A DNA stretch of 63,481 bases, counting the filler, from Octopus bimaculoides (taxonomy: Eukaryota), in the NCBI RefSeq assembly GCF_001194135.2. It is 3 parts of 3 records of this genome, joined end to end, with 100 filler letters (N's around TTAATTAATTAA, not from the genome) between each part and the next. Parts side by side here need not be neighbours in the genome. Positions count along the whole stretch, not along the records: positions 50,307 to 63,481 come from NC_068996.1; 2 more parts are not named here. One strand, 5' to 3'. The position numbers and the translations under genes were made by a program. Below the pieces are notes generated by a model. It was not told where the DNA came from, made no database searches, and worked only from the letters and a program-made list of their open reading frames with translations. How positions within the stretch are numbered: position 1 is the first letter of the stretch; the number at the start of each line of letters is the position of its first letter. This document shows positions 50,207 to 63,481 of this stretch, piece by piece.

Positions 50207-51064
50207 NNNNNNNNNNNNNNNNNNNNNNNNNNNNNNNNNNNNNNNNNNNNTTAATTAATTAANNNNNNNNNNNNNNNNNNNNNNNNNNNNNNNNNNNNNN
50301 NNNNNNTATATATAAAGACAACGCTCATTATCATATTAGGAAATTATACATGCATTTTAACACTTTACCGTATACTTAAATATATACATAATGCTATACA
50401 TCGATCTAAAACTATGTTGGGAGGGGGAATTACCACGGACTGATTGGCATTGGCAATCATTGGAAACTCCCAAGTATCTCTATCTGTTGCTTATTTTCTC
50501 AGCCTACAAGTATTGTATGTTAAAAAAGGATAGAATTACTAAAGGATCGGAATTTAAGACCACGATACAGTATGCATTTTATTACAATTTTAATTTTTAT
50601 GTTCAATTACGTTTCTCTACCAAAGTTCCTATTGCATTTCAACTAGCGTTTCCAAAACCTTTACGTAGTGACTCCCGAAGACTTATCGACATGTGTGCAC
50701 TCAAGTCATGCAAATATTTTCATTACCCAGACGACACACACACAGCATTACAAACACGGCCTACACACCCACTTGCACATTCCATGACTCCCATTGGGAT
50801 CGATCAGATACCGGACAAGGTATATGGATTTTCTGTTTGAGAGCGATCGGGTTCATTTTTAGTATTCTCGTTTGTGAGAGCAGTCGATTTTATTTCAGAT
50901 ATTCTCATTTTAAAAATCATCTCTGGTTAATCGTTGAGAGAGCGTTGGTGTTGCGTTGGCGGAGGTTTGCACTCTCTGAGTGCTCTTGTTTATATATAAA
51001 ATACTACAATTAGCTATCATTTTTGATGGCACGGGACCTGTTAATATCAATAAATGTCTTTTTG

Positions 51065-51500
51065 GCGCTCCTTCCATTACATTTTAGGACATGTCATTGA
51101 TAAAGATGGAATTCGTCTCGTAAAGGAGAAAGTCGATGCTATTCATATTCCAGTTCCTACTTCGCTAAAGATTTTACGAAAATTTCTCAGACATATTAAC
51201 TTTTATAGATTTATTCTACACTGTACAGAAACTATTTTTCCTCTTACCGGATTGCTACGTAATCGGAAAAAAAAAGACTGAAGTTATATCATTAAATTCA
51301 GCGGCGTTGAGAGCTTTCGATGAAATTAAGAACAACTTATCGAGAGTTATCCTGTTGGCACATCCAGTTCTCGAAACGCCATTAGCTCTAATGGGTGATG
51401 CTTCAGATAGAGGTGTTGGCGCAGTTTTTCAACAATTCGTCCACAATGCTTGACGACCACGTTCTTTTTTTCCAAGTATCTAAAAACCCGCGGAAACGAG
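51065..51500 (+). mobile_element. Gypsy RT / RNase H remnant
   Basis: YILGHVIDKDGI...KVDAI...LRKFLRHINFYR and MGDASDRGVGAVFQQ. Confidence 0.8.
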
Positions 51501-51834
51501 ATACAGCGAGTTTGGCAGAAAACTTGGGATCCGGACAAAAACCTCCCAGGACAACAAAATCCCCATGGTTATATTATTCGGTTATTTTACTTCTTTTTTT
51601 TTTGCGACCATACTGGGGCTCCGCCTTGGAGAATTTTTGGTCGAATGTTTCAACCGTAGAAAATTCAGTATTTTCAAAATTTGAATTTAAAGTCTTTTGG
51701 TTTCTTCTCTCTGCACTTAGAAATTAATGTACTTCTTATCATTTCTATCTTTCTACATTCCTTTTATTGTCTTTCTCTTGTAGTTAGACATGATACTGTC
51801 TGATGATGACGATGGTGGTGATGGTGGTGACGAT

Positions 51835-52515
51835 GTTAATGACACAGTGTTTTTTGTGCCATGCTTTTCTGGGTGCAGAATCAATGAAACCATCGAAACT
51901 CAAGCGTCATCTCGAGAGAAAACATCCAGAACACGCAAAGGATTTAAATTTCTTCAAACGGCATGAACGGTGTCTCAAAAGTTAAAAACTCGATGCCAGT
52001 GGGTCGTTTCAGCAGCAGAGGGCAGCCGTAGTGGAGGCTTCATATGAAATTGCATTGGATATTGCTAAACAAAAAAGCAGTAAATCTTATTCTTGGAGAA
52101 ACCAGTACAAAGAAGATGCAGCAAGTAGCCCTGTCAAATAATGCTATACAGAGGCGCATTTCTAAAATGTCTATGGAGCAGGTTCTGGCCGAAATCAAGG
52201 CTTCTCCGTTGTTCTCCTTTCAGCTCGACGATTCGGCTGATGTAAGTTCATGTTCTCAGTTGCTTGTCTTCGTGAAATACATTCATTCAGGTGACATCAA
52301 AAACGAATTCTTGTTCTGCAGTGCACTTGAAACCACAACAAAATCGGATGATGTTATGGAAAAAGCTACAACTTTTTTCCATGAGGAATGTCTTCAATGG
52401 GAAAACGTGTGTTTGTACGGATGGAGCACCGGCTTTGCTAGGATCGAAGTCAGGATATTTGTCGAGAGTGATGAAGTTAGCACCTCAAGCCATGGGCATC
52501 CACTGTTAAAAGAAT
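51835..52515 (+). mobile_element. hAT (Buster/Charlie, ZBED5-like) transposase remnant
   Basis: QCFLC...AESMKPSKLKRHL..KH, LSNNAIQRRI, FSFQLDDSADVSSCSQLLVFVKY...EFLFC; frameshifted. Confidence 0.88.
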
Positions 52516-52519
52516 TCAA

Positions 52520-53133
52520 AATTTAAAGACATTATGAAAGAGTGAATCCACTGAGCCGGAGTGATCTTTCCGCGGTGATACCGATTGATCCTGTGATTTA
52601 TATTTCTCAGCTTGTTCAACTTTCGGCGATGAGCTTCTCCATTCTCTCTTCCTTGACTTACCTTCCTCAAAATTAGCTCTCTGTTCCTCTTCCTGTGTCT
52701 GTTTCTTCTCTATCACGCTTTCTTGCGTTTCCAATTGTATGTTTTCCATTATTTCTGGGCACCTCCTTCTAATGTGACCTCTTCTGACACATTTATAGGC
52801 ATTTTCGAGGTCTCCTTCCAAAGTTATATCCAGCTTGTCCTCGTTTGGCAGTTCCAGTGTCTCCGGTATGGTATCGTATACTATCTGACTTGCCGTGAAA
52901 ACCACTTCCAAACCATGCCCCCAGCAATTTATTTGTTGGGTTCTGGTTATCATAACTTCCTTTAATTCTCCCTTTTTCCAGAAAAAATTGCTGCTATTAC
53001 CCATTCTGGCTCTATTTTCGAAGGGATCCTACCCACCCTAATCCTCGTTGGACGTCTACCCAGCTGATTGGGAAAGAGCATCCAATTTCCTCCATTTAAC
53101 GTCTCATTGGTGTATTTCTTTGCTGCCTCCTCC
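52520..53133 (-). mobile_element. Tx1/L1-like ORF1 remnant with zinc-knuckle-like YKCVRRGHIRRRCP
   Basis: Degenerate CCHC knuckle followed by a Glu/Gln/Lys-rich tail; related to 56690-56730 (CYHCGVRGHIQARCP). Confidence 0.6.
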
Positions 53134-53879
53134 NNNNNNNNNNNNNNNNNNNNNNNNNNNNNNNNNNNNNNNNNNNNNNNNNNNNNNNNNNNNNNNNNNN
53201 NNNNNNNNNNNNNNNNNNNNNNNNNNNNNNNNNNNNNNNNNNNNNNNNNNNNNNNNNNNNNNNNNNNNNNNNNNNNNNNNNNNNNNNNNNNNNNNNNNNN
53301 NNNNNNNNNNNNNNNNNNNNNNNNNNNNNNNNNNNNNNNNNNNNNNNNNNNNNNNNNNNNNNNNNNNNNNNNNNNNNNNNNNNNNNNNNNNNNNNNNNNN
53401 NNNNNNNNNNNNNNNNNNNNNNNNNNNNNNNNNNNNNNNNNNNNNNNNNNNNNNNNNNNNNNNNNNNNNNNNNNNNNNNNNNNNNNNNNNNNNNNNNNNN
53501 NNNNNNNNNNNNNNNNNNNNNNNNNNNNNNNNNNNNNNNNNNNNNNNNNNNNNNNNNNNNNNNNNNNNNNNNNNNNNNNNNNNNNNNNNNNNNNNNNNNN
53601 NNNNNNNNNNNNNNNNNNNNNNNNNNNNNNNNNNNNNNNNNNNNNNNNNNNNNNNNNNNNNNNNNNNNNNNNNNNNNNNNNNNNNNNNNNNNNNNNNNNN
53701 NNNNNNNNNNNNNNNNNNNAAACTCAAAAACTGCTACAAAGCAGCACAAAACAACTCAACCAACAAACAAACCGCCGGTTTCTTTATTACCCACAAGGGG
53801 CTAAACATAGATGGGACAATACATACATGTGGGGTCAATCAACACATGAAAGAATGGAATAGTGAAATTATACAATGAA

Positions 53880-54640
53880 GATGGAACCGCCACCCCAGCC
53901 CCGCCCCGGGGTGGTTTCAACAGTTATTTTTAAAAATTATTTCAATAGTTCTGTACAAATGTTCTTCCCAAATTTTCTCAACAGTTCTTTTCAAAATAAA
54001 ACTCTACTTACCATTTTATATAGTTCTTTATTTCCCCATAGTTCACTGGAGCACTGAGTTCGAAATTCACCTCGGGCCCCAGTGGGTTTATATCTGATGG
54101 GAAAGTGTCTTTTAACTTCCTATACTTATCTTTTTCCATTAAAATCCCCCTCCGAGAGGTTCACTTTAACAATGCCTTTCATTTTAGCTATTTTCCTTTC
54201 TATTTTTTTGTGTCGACCGATATGTTATCAAATATATTCTGTTCTTGTGTACCTCTTGCGTCTCTATGTCCGTTCTTTTTTGTTTTTGTGACTCTGTACT
54301 ATCATGCGTCTATTCTTGTATATTTATTTGTAGCTATATGTCTGTGTGTTTATTTGTCTGGGGGTCTGCATGTTTATGTGACTGTAAGTCTGCATGTTGT
54401 GCTTGTGTGTCTGTGCTTTCAGGTTCCGTACTTTTTGGTTTCTGCAACTCTGTGTTATCTTTTACGCTTCCGTGTGTATGTATGTTTGTGAGTTTATGCG
54501 TCTGTGAATCTGTCTGTTTGTGCAATTGTAAGACTGTATGTTCACTTGGTGAGTGATCTCACTTGATCCTGTGATTTATATTTCTTTCCTTGTTCAGCTT
54601 TCGGGACTCCAGACGGAGAAGAATTGGAGCAAAGTGACAG
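53880..54640 (-). mobile_element. Second Tx1-like ORF1-end / low-complexity segment
   Basis: Shares ttgatcctgtgatttatatttct..cttgttca.ctttcgg with 52585-52627. Confidence 0.45.
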
Positions 54641-54650
54641 NNNNNNNNNN

Positions 54651-55780
<1,130 letters not shown>

Positions 55781-55899
55781 TTCAGTTAGCAAGACCATGC
55801 CCTTTTCGTCTACGACACGTTGTTGTCTTCAGTTTGTTACCTGCGGTATGTGAGTTCGTTTCCTGTTCTGCTTATTGTATATTTATGTTATTTTGAAGT

Positions 55900-56860
55900 G
55901 AAATATTTTAATTGAAATTGAACTGTTGTCCTTTGAAAAACAGTAAATTTCGCCCTGTGGGGTAGAAACATTTCTGTAAATTTTGTGAACTGTGATTTTT
56001 ACGAAAATATTTTCTGAAAATTTTCTTGTTTTTTGTGACAAGTGCGAAGAAACGAAGTTATGGAGACCCAACCAGCCGTCACCTATGCTGCAGCAACAGA
56101 ATAATGTTTGAAGATCGACGTTTGGCAGGTTAAAGAAGTGAAATTCGACGAGAGGAGATTGAAAAAGGCGAATGAACTTATAATTAAGGAAGGAAGTAAC
56201 CTGAGGCTGACCCCGCCAAAAGAGGTAATGGAGGAAACAGCAAAAAAACTGTTGTGTATAGAACGCTATCAAACTCAAGCAAAAGGGTGGAAATAGAGGA
56301 GTGTCTTAAGGATATTATGCACCTTACGACATACTACACCAGAGGCAAGAAGTACGGCACAGTGGAGGTGCGGTTTGCGACCGAACAGGACGCAACAAAG
56401 TGCTCCACTGTGCCATTGAGGTTGTAAGAGTGGGCACTGTTGCCAACCTACTGTAGCAAATGTGCGGCCAGAATTAGGATTGGCAGAGTAGCCCCAGAAA
56501 TCAATGAAACATGGCTGGTGGCAGCCATTCTCTTCAACGCGGAGGAGGAGACCAATGTGCTGAAGGTAACAAGGACAACAGAAGTAAACTGATTTGGATA
56601 CAGCTTCGAGGTGATGGTCCAAATCAGTTTGCCGCACCTGCATAAAATTGTAGATGAAATTATGTTGCCAGAGGATGTTAAATTAAGAGTCTGCTACCAC
56701 TGCGGAGTACGGGGACACATACAAGCAAGGTGTCCCCAGAAACAAGAAGTAGAATAGGAGCAGCAGCAGGAGGAAGTGGAACAAGGAGTGGTAGCACAAA
56801 GCCAAGTAAGTGAAGAGATGGAAAACGTAAGAGAAAAATATTCAGTTGGAAAAAGGAAAA
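55900..56860 (+). mobile_element. Tx1/L1-like ORF1 remnant with CCHC knuckle
   Basis: TYAAA motif and CYHCGVRGHIQARCP; many stops. Confidence 0.65.
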
Positions 56861-57999
56861 AGAAAAAGACTATTTATTTCATCATCAATATTTTTAAATA
56901 ATAAGTATCATTCGAACACATTACATTTTTTGTATGTATTGTCCCATCTATGTATTGATACCAAGCTACTCCAGACTGATGAAGAGCAGTAACTCTGAAA
57001 CTAGTCTCTGGATCCTGGCTTTGCTGGGTAGAGGTGCTTGTCTCCTCAGTTTGAAAATATAAGGACACAGTACTCTTGTATCACATAGCCAATTAGAAAC
57101 GCTGTTTCCTGGGGCTAAATAGCAGTAGCATTCTTTCCAGTATATATATATTTAGAAATGCAATATTTCTAATTATATATATATAATTGTAACATCATTG
57201 CGAGAAACCATGGCTTACTGGTTTGGGTATTCGGCTCACGATCGTAAGGTCGTGAGTTTATTTCTAACGGATGTTGTGTCCTTGAGCAAGACACTTTATT
57301 TCACGTTGCTCCAGTCCACTCAGCTGGCAAAAATTTAGTCGTACATGTATTGTAAAGGGCCAACCTTGTTACATTCTCTATTACACTGAATCTCACTGAG
57401 AGCTATATTAAGGGTACACGTGTTTGTGGAGTGCTCAACCACTTGCATGTTAATTTCATGAGTAGTCTGTTCCGGTGATCGGATCAACTAGAACCTTCAT
57501 CGTCGTAACAGACGAAATGCCATATATCTATGTAAGAGATCGCTTATCCCTGCCTAACTAAGATTCGAAAGCGAATCCACACACTTGCTTATTTGACGAA
57601 TGTCTGATCCCATTGTGTGTTATCTCCATGCTTGGAGATTAATGAAAAACATCGGACCTCCAGAGACCTTTGCTGTTGATATATGGGCCAGTCCATTGCT
57701 TTAGACTTGACCTACCTCCTGGCCATACCCTACATAACTGAGATCAGCTTTCTCTCACCCTCTTCAGTTGGCAGACCTCCAGCCGGGAGCAACTGGCTTC
57801 CCGCACTGTATAGCATCGACCGAATGGAAAGGGACAACGTAATCCTTACCCTTTCTTCTTCTCTGTCAGCAGAACACAGTTTCCACACTATCACAACCCA
57901 AGAGCGACTAACACATCAGTACATTGTATACTATATATATTTTTACTAACCACTGCCGGCAAATAAATTTGTGAATGTTCTTTTCTCTTCGATGTTGTT

Positions 58000-58450
58000 A
58001 TTACGCTGTTTCGTCATGCTTTCAACTATCGACTTACAACGATCCGACACGGAACAAGAAGAGCTATTTTACACCAAGTAACTTTTCATCTGTACCATAC
58101 AATTGGTACCTCCAACGTGAGAACCTTACATTCATACATTGCCCATACTAGCAAATGTACTCATCTAAGATGGGGCCATAATATGAGGGAGTGAATTATA
58201 ACAGCTGTATGTATTGAGAAATGTGCAAATGGACTTGATAGATTACTGGGTGATGTCTTAGAGAAATCATATTACTGTTGGTAATACAGCATTCTATTGC
58301 AGCTATGCTAAATGTGTTTGCGATTGAGTGACATGTGATGACGATTCACTTCCGAAATGAAATAGGCTCCCAGAACTCTGTCATGAATAGTTATGTGGGA
58401 CACTCCGAACGAAAGCTAGAGCTTCCTTCGACCACTACATAAAAAAGTAT
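58000..58450 (-). mobile_element. Old L2/CR1-like RT C-terminal remnant
   Basis: Decayed KHI.HSCNRMLY...IIHS.I.W pattern. Confidence 0.35.
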
Positions 58451-59119
58451 TAAGAAAAAATGTTATTTAGATATACTTTTATTTTAGTTGTTTACATTAT
58501 TTTATACTTCTTTATACTCTTATACATTCAAAGTTCACAAATTTTCTTATTTAAATTATATATCATATTCCTTTCGATAATATCAATATGATTATAAAAC
58601 TTCTTTGTAGGCGATATTTTCTGTTTGGTCGACACTAATTTTCAAATTACTGGACTCCGTTGCTCTACTCATAGCGACGTATAACTGGCCGTGTATAAAC
58701 ATCGGAGTGGGTAAAAATACACCTACACGATCTAAAGTCCGGCCTTGTACTATGTTTGCTGTGAATGAGCGAGCGGAATCTTTAGGGTTGCAAAAAAATC
58801 AAACTAAGACTTACGTCTCACTGTTCTATGCGAATAATGACTGGGTGTTCTGGTACCATGGGTTATTTTGATTGATGAAACTGAGATGTAAACAACAGCC
58901 GCTTCGATTAGCCATTTCGAATCCTGCTCGAGACTGACACACTTCAATAGCCACTAAAAAAATCACACACACTATATACTGACATACACTTTTCCATTTT
59001 ATTTTCGCTATTAACTGTCCTCGAAACCCCTTCTTATCTACGAACTATACGAACTATACGAATAAAATCCAGGGTTACTCGTCGGTGAATTTTTAATAAA
59101 AATAAGAATTGATTTATCT

Positions 59120-59552
59120 ATTTAAAAATCGATATCCGCGAAATAAACGTACTTTCTGATTTATTAATGCTAAAAGCCTTCCTGACGACCGTCTTTGTAA
59201 TCCCGAAAAATCTCGTAACCATTGGGCCGTGAAGATGGAACAGACAGACGTACATAACGCCCATTATAGTAAGATAACAAATCTGCCCATCTACGATGGG
59301 AAATGAAGAGATAGTATCGCAAAACTCTAAATTCACGATCTATGCGATGGGTGGGTGGGGGGTTATAAAAATAAAGGTGGTTCATTAATACAAAACTCAA
59401 TATCCACTAAATAATCATACATTTCCACATTTTTTTTTCGCTAAAATCCTTCCTGATTACCTCCTTTATAATTTCGAAAAACATCGTGGCCATTGGTCCA
59501 GCCGTTTGACCGTGAAGAGGGAACAGACAGACATAACGCCCATTATAGTAAT
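59120..59552 (+). mobile_element. Two tandem non-autonomous Helitron/Helentron-like 3' ends
   Basis: Repeated ...ccgtgaaga.ggaacagacagac..cataacgcccattatagtaa at about 59228-59272 and 59510-59551, plus hairpin CCCATC-TAC-GATGGG at 59286-59300. Layout resembles DINE/Lep1-type elements. Confidence 0.5.
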
Positions 59553-61037
59553 ATATATATATAAGAAAATCATATAGTTGTACTAACTACTACATTACAA
59601 ACATCGAGCATCTAAATTGATAGTGGCTACGAGGGTATAAATGACCTCTCAATGGCAATCGCAGTCCACGTAATCTCAAAGCCAAGCGTACTGTAAAGCA
59701 CCTGCTGTAAAGCACGTTATAACAAATTTCGATCGCCCAAATTAGTAAACTAAATAGCTATGGTTATATGATAATAACCTTTCCAAGGGGAAATCAGTTC
59801 ACACACACACACGCACACACATGTAAAAGTGAAAATATTTTATATATCTTTTTATTAATGAAGACAGTTTGCATCCATATCATTCCAGAATTGTTGGAAT
59901 AGATTATGTTTATTTTCATTAAACCTGGAAATTTTGTTCTCTCCATTCTTTATCCACACTGACCCACCCATAAGAAAAATCATACTACTCAACATTTTGA
60001 CACGCTTTTATTACTAATCGCATAAAATTTCTAACCACTGAGCTCATAATGAACATCCCGAACGTTAATAATAACTTTTCATTTTAATTCATTCTTAGTA
60101 AATTTGTATTCAAAATTTTTTTATGAGATAGTTTAAAGAATTCAGTGGGAACATTTCTCTAATGTTACTCAGCTTCGTGATTTTGTCAGAACTAATTTTA
60201 GATACACTGATACAAATCACACGGAGAAAGGGGAAATAAAAATACTTTATTCTGTCTAGCGATAACCTAATGATTAAACCGGTTTAATTCACTATCTTCT
60301 GTACCAGTTGGTAAGAAGAATGTTCTAGCTATTTTTCTTTCTAAATAAGCAACAGTCGTCTTACAGGTACCTCACAGTGACTGAATTATTAAAAGCACCT
60401 TTTGTAATTAACAATATAGAAAATTCGCATACTTTCTTTTATTCTAGTTTCCCTTGATAAAATTAGAAAAAATTATGCAAACCGTCTGTGTCAACTAAAT
60501 ATTTGGCAACATGTATAAACATGTTTTGGTTGCTAAAACTTATTAAGGGCAAGCATAATGAATGGATTATTCTCATTCTTTTATATCATGAAACTGATAA
60601 AGTGAATTCTCAACCTTTAGTTGAAGTGGCAGTGTCGAGATTTGATTTCGGTGAGATCAAATTTTCCCTTCGCTCTTCCCGCATCGAGGTAGATATAATC
60701 AACTTTACCCCTCCTTCAAAATGTCTGGAATGTAACTGTGAAATAAATTCATTTTGTAACTTTATCATTTGCCACGAGGTTGCTGGGATGCTATATCAAG
60801 TGCAATGAAGTCAGAGTATTGTACTTGGAAAAAGTCTCAAAATTTCTGGAATGCACTTTGAAACAAACATACATACATACAAGGAGTATATCTTCCGAGA
60901 TCGGAGAGATCGACGGGTTAATTGCCCGCATTAGAGTTTTAATTTAGTGCGTACTACAAAAGCACTTCTACAATACTTCTAGCCATTTTTCATTTTCTGA
61001 ACATGAAATAAGCACTGTTAACATTTAATTAAACAAA

Positions 61038-61085
61038 TGGCATTTATGTTGGCATTTATGTTGACATTTATGTTGGCATTTAGAT
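61038..61085. repeat. 12-bp minisatellite (TGGCATTTATGT) x4
   Basis: Directly visible tandem units. Confidence 0.85.
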
Positions 61086-61866
61086 GTGCTGTGATGCTCA
61101 ACTTTTGCATCGAAGTATCATAAAAAGAAGGATGTGGATTGAAGGATTGGTTACTACGTTAGGTATATCAGGCTAAGACGTAGAAGTTTACATAAGACAA
61201 TAGGTTATTTGAGTGCAATTTGACAGCTATTTCTATCATTTTGTGATTTCAAGCAGAGGATCCCTCATTGGATTGGATAGGAAGAGAATTGGGTATTATT
61301 TGTCAAGTGCGAGTTGCATTTGAAGATGTCTCTCGTTTGCTAAACCCTTTCTTCTCCTTCAACTCACCACTCTCCTCATATCTCCCTTTCGCCTCATTCT
61401 TGCGCTCTCTACTCTCCATTATTGTTTAGCTCACTGATTCTCCATGACATGGTCGTGCGATCCTTATCAGTTGCAGCCAGTTTTTCTTTTCTTAATTTAG
61501 AGGGTATAAAATTCTGATGTCTCTCGTTCATTTCTCTCTTTTCAACCTTTCTCTGAGGAATTCTGTCCTAAACGTTAGATTTTTCCACTCCTCACGGCAA
61601 GTTCACTGTACGCTTTTTATTGATTTTACTGCATATTATAAAAATTGCCGAAGCATCCAACACCAACCCTTTTGGAGCCTGTTTGATCACACACACACAT
61701 ACGCATATATTAATATATATATTATAGAGGTATGTTAATGCAAACAGGAGAAATAGAACTCAAGATATGAGCATATGTATATTTCTATTCATATTTAACA
61801 GAAGTAACTCTCGGACCTTGAGTCACACTGTTACTTCTGTTAATTATTAATAAGAATATGTATTTC

Positions 61867-61901
<35 letters not shown>

Positions 61902-63167
61902 GAATATAGAATATGCGTGTGCATGGGCGCGTGTGTGTGTGTGTGTGTGTGTGCGTGTGCGTGTGTGTGCGCGTGCGCGTGCGCGTGTGTACTATGTAAT
62001 GGAGATTAGGCGGCCTGCACATCTTAGTTAAAGTCATTCTGCGACTCGGTAAAGTACCGATTATGTATACAGACACTCACCTTTCTATGGTAGTTTTCAA
62101 CCTATAGCACATCCTCTCAAAGAATAGGATCCGATCTTGAGAGTAATTCTAACTTTCCATTCCTGGATTTGAAAAAGGAACATCAATATATACGGTCTTG
62201 ATATAAAGCTAAAGATGTACCTGAATGATTACATTTGTAAATAAAATTCAACGGAATGGGTGTGAAGTTGTTATTAAACTTTTTTTATTTTTAATTACAA
62301 GTTTTCTTAAGAACTACTAAAAGTCCTTAAGTAGTATTTAACTGAAATTCCTTTTTTACTCATCTTTTTGATAAAAATTGGCACACTATAATTCATTGAT
62401 AAAGACATCACAAGGCTGATCTGGAAATTTCAGAAAAGGCAAGTTTTGATACTTAAGGTTTAGGGGAGGGTACAGTGATATTTTCCGGGAGAGGTATGTA
62501 CTCTTCCTAATTAAATTTTTTGTTTGGGAGGGTAGTATGTCATATAAGAAATTCTCTTTGGCCATATGATTTAAAATGTAAAACCCTCAATATGCTTACT
62601 CCGTAAAGGTATGGGACTATTTGAAAACTTTTAATCGAAAAGACATTTTAATGGGGGCTATTGAATTTTTTAAAAAAATTTTGTTAACAATTAGCCTTAA
62701 ATTTATTATTTGAGTTCATCATAGAGTAGCTAATAAAAGCTATTATTTTAAAATTTTATAAATATAAATATTTTGAAAATTTTAACTATAGATGCATTAT
62801 TTTAAGTATAAATATGCTTGTCCAGGTTTAATAACTTAAGAATATCAACCTCCATGCACTCGCATTTTTCTTTGTAATCCACATTTTCTCCAGGCAATGC
62901 AGTTAAACTAATAAATAGTAACAATTAATAATTCATAATTTTACTTGATTAAAAACTTTTCATCTTATTCAATACTGTTGTAAAAATAGTTTGATGATTG
63001 AATTAAATTATGAATAAGTATTAACTTAAATGAATTGTAAGAGCACTTTAGTTACTCTGGCTCGTGATAAAATCGAAAATTTAGAGAAAAAGAGAAAGGA
63101 AGAGAGAAGAAATCGTTTGCGATGTAAGGGAGGCAACTGTGTATATTTTATATATTATAATTATTCT

Positions 63168-63481
63168 TTTTTACTCTCTTTTACTTGTTTCAGTCATTTG
63201 ACTGTGGCCATGCTGGAGCACCATCTTTAGTCGAGCAAATCGACCCCAGGACTTATTCTTTGTAACCCTAGTACTTATTCTATCGGTCTCTTCTGCCGAA
63301 CCGCTAAGTTACGAGGACGTAAACACACCAGCATTGATTGTCAAGCGATGTTGGGGGGGGGGACAAACACAGACACACAAACACACACACACGCACACAT
63401 ATATATACATATATACGACGGGTTTCTTTCACTTTTCGTCTACCAAATCCACTCACAAGGCTTTGGTCAGCCCGAAGCTAT
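63168..63481 (-). mobile_element. tRNA-head SINE, young-looking copy, truncated by the window edge
   Basis: Reverse-complement homologue of 6933-7330 and 40910-41275. Confidence 0.8.

Overview
Eukaryotic, AT-rich, repeat-dense scaffold with 11 N-gaps. The SINE/RTE repertoire and microsatellite load suggest an octopod cephalopod (inference; species not determinable here). Two minus-strand genes are supported. (1) A SECIS-binding protein 2 gene (SBP2/SECISBP2L-like): 14 coding exons between 15440 and 1323 chain with consistent GT-AG phases into 856 codons; the L7Ae domain continues beyond the left edge. (2) A coactosin-like (COTL1) gene, of which only exons 2 and 3 are visible (43686-43768, 40359-40516). 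Also present: an intron-containing, degenerate tRNA-Leu(CAA), and remnants of Gypsy, RTE, Tx1/L1-like, Penelope-like, Tc1/mariner, Tigger, hAT and Helentron-like elements, piggyBac-type MITEs and tRNA-derived SINEs. Best second-look items: an in-frame stop-containing alternative 3' splice site and a UGA-terminated uORF overlapping the start in SBP2; a 34-bp hairpin with strand-biased G-U pairs just downstream of coactosin exon 3; a perfect 61-bp copy of a nearby RTE segment inside a Tigger transposase; a 5'-inverted RTE; and an intact-looking -1 frameshift signal in a Gypsy relic. I found no CRISPR array and no clearly new system. All regulatory ideas are hypotheses from manual reading.
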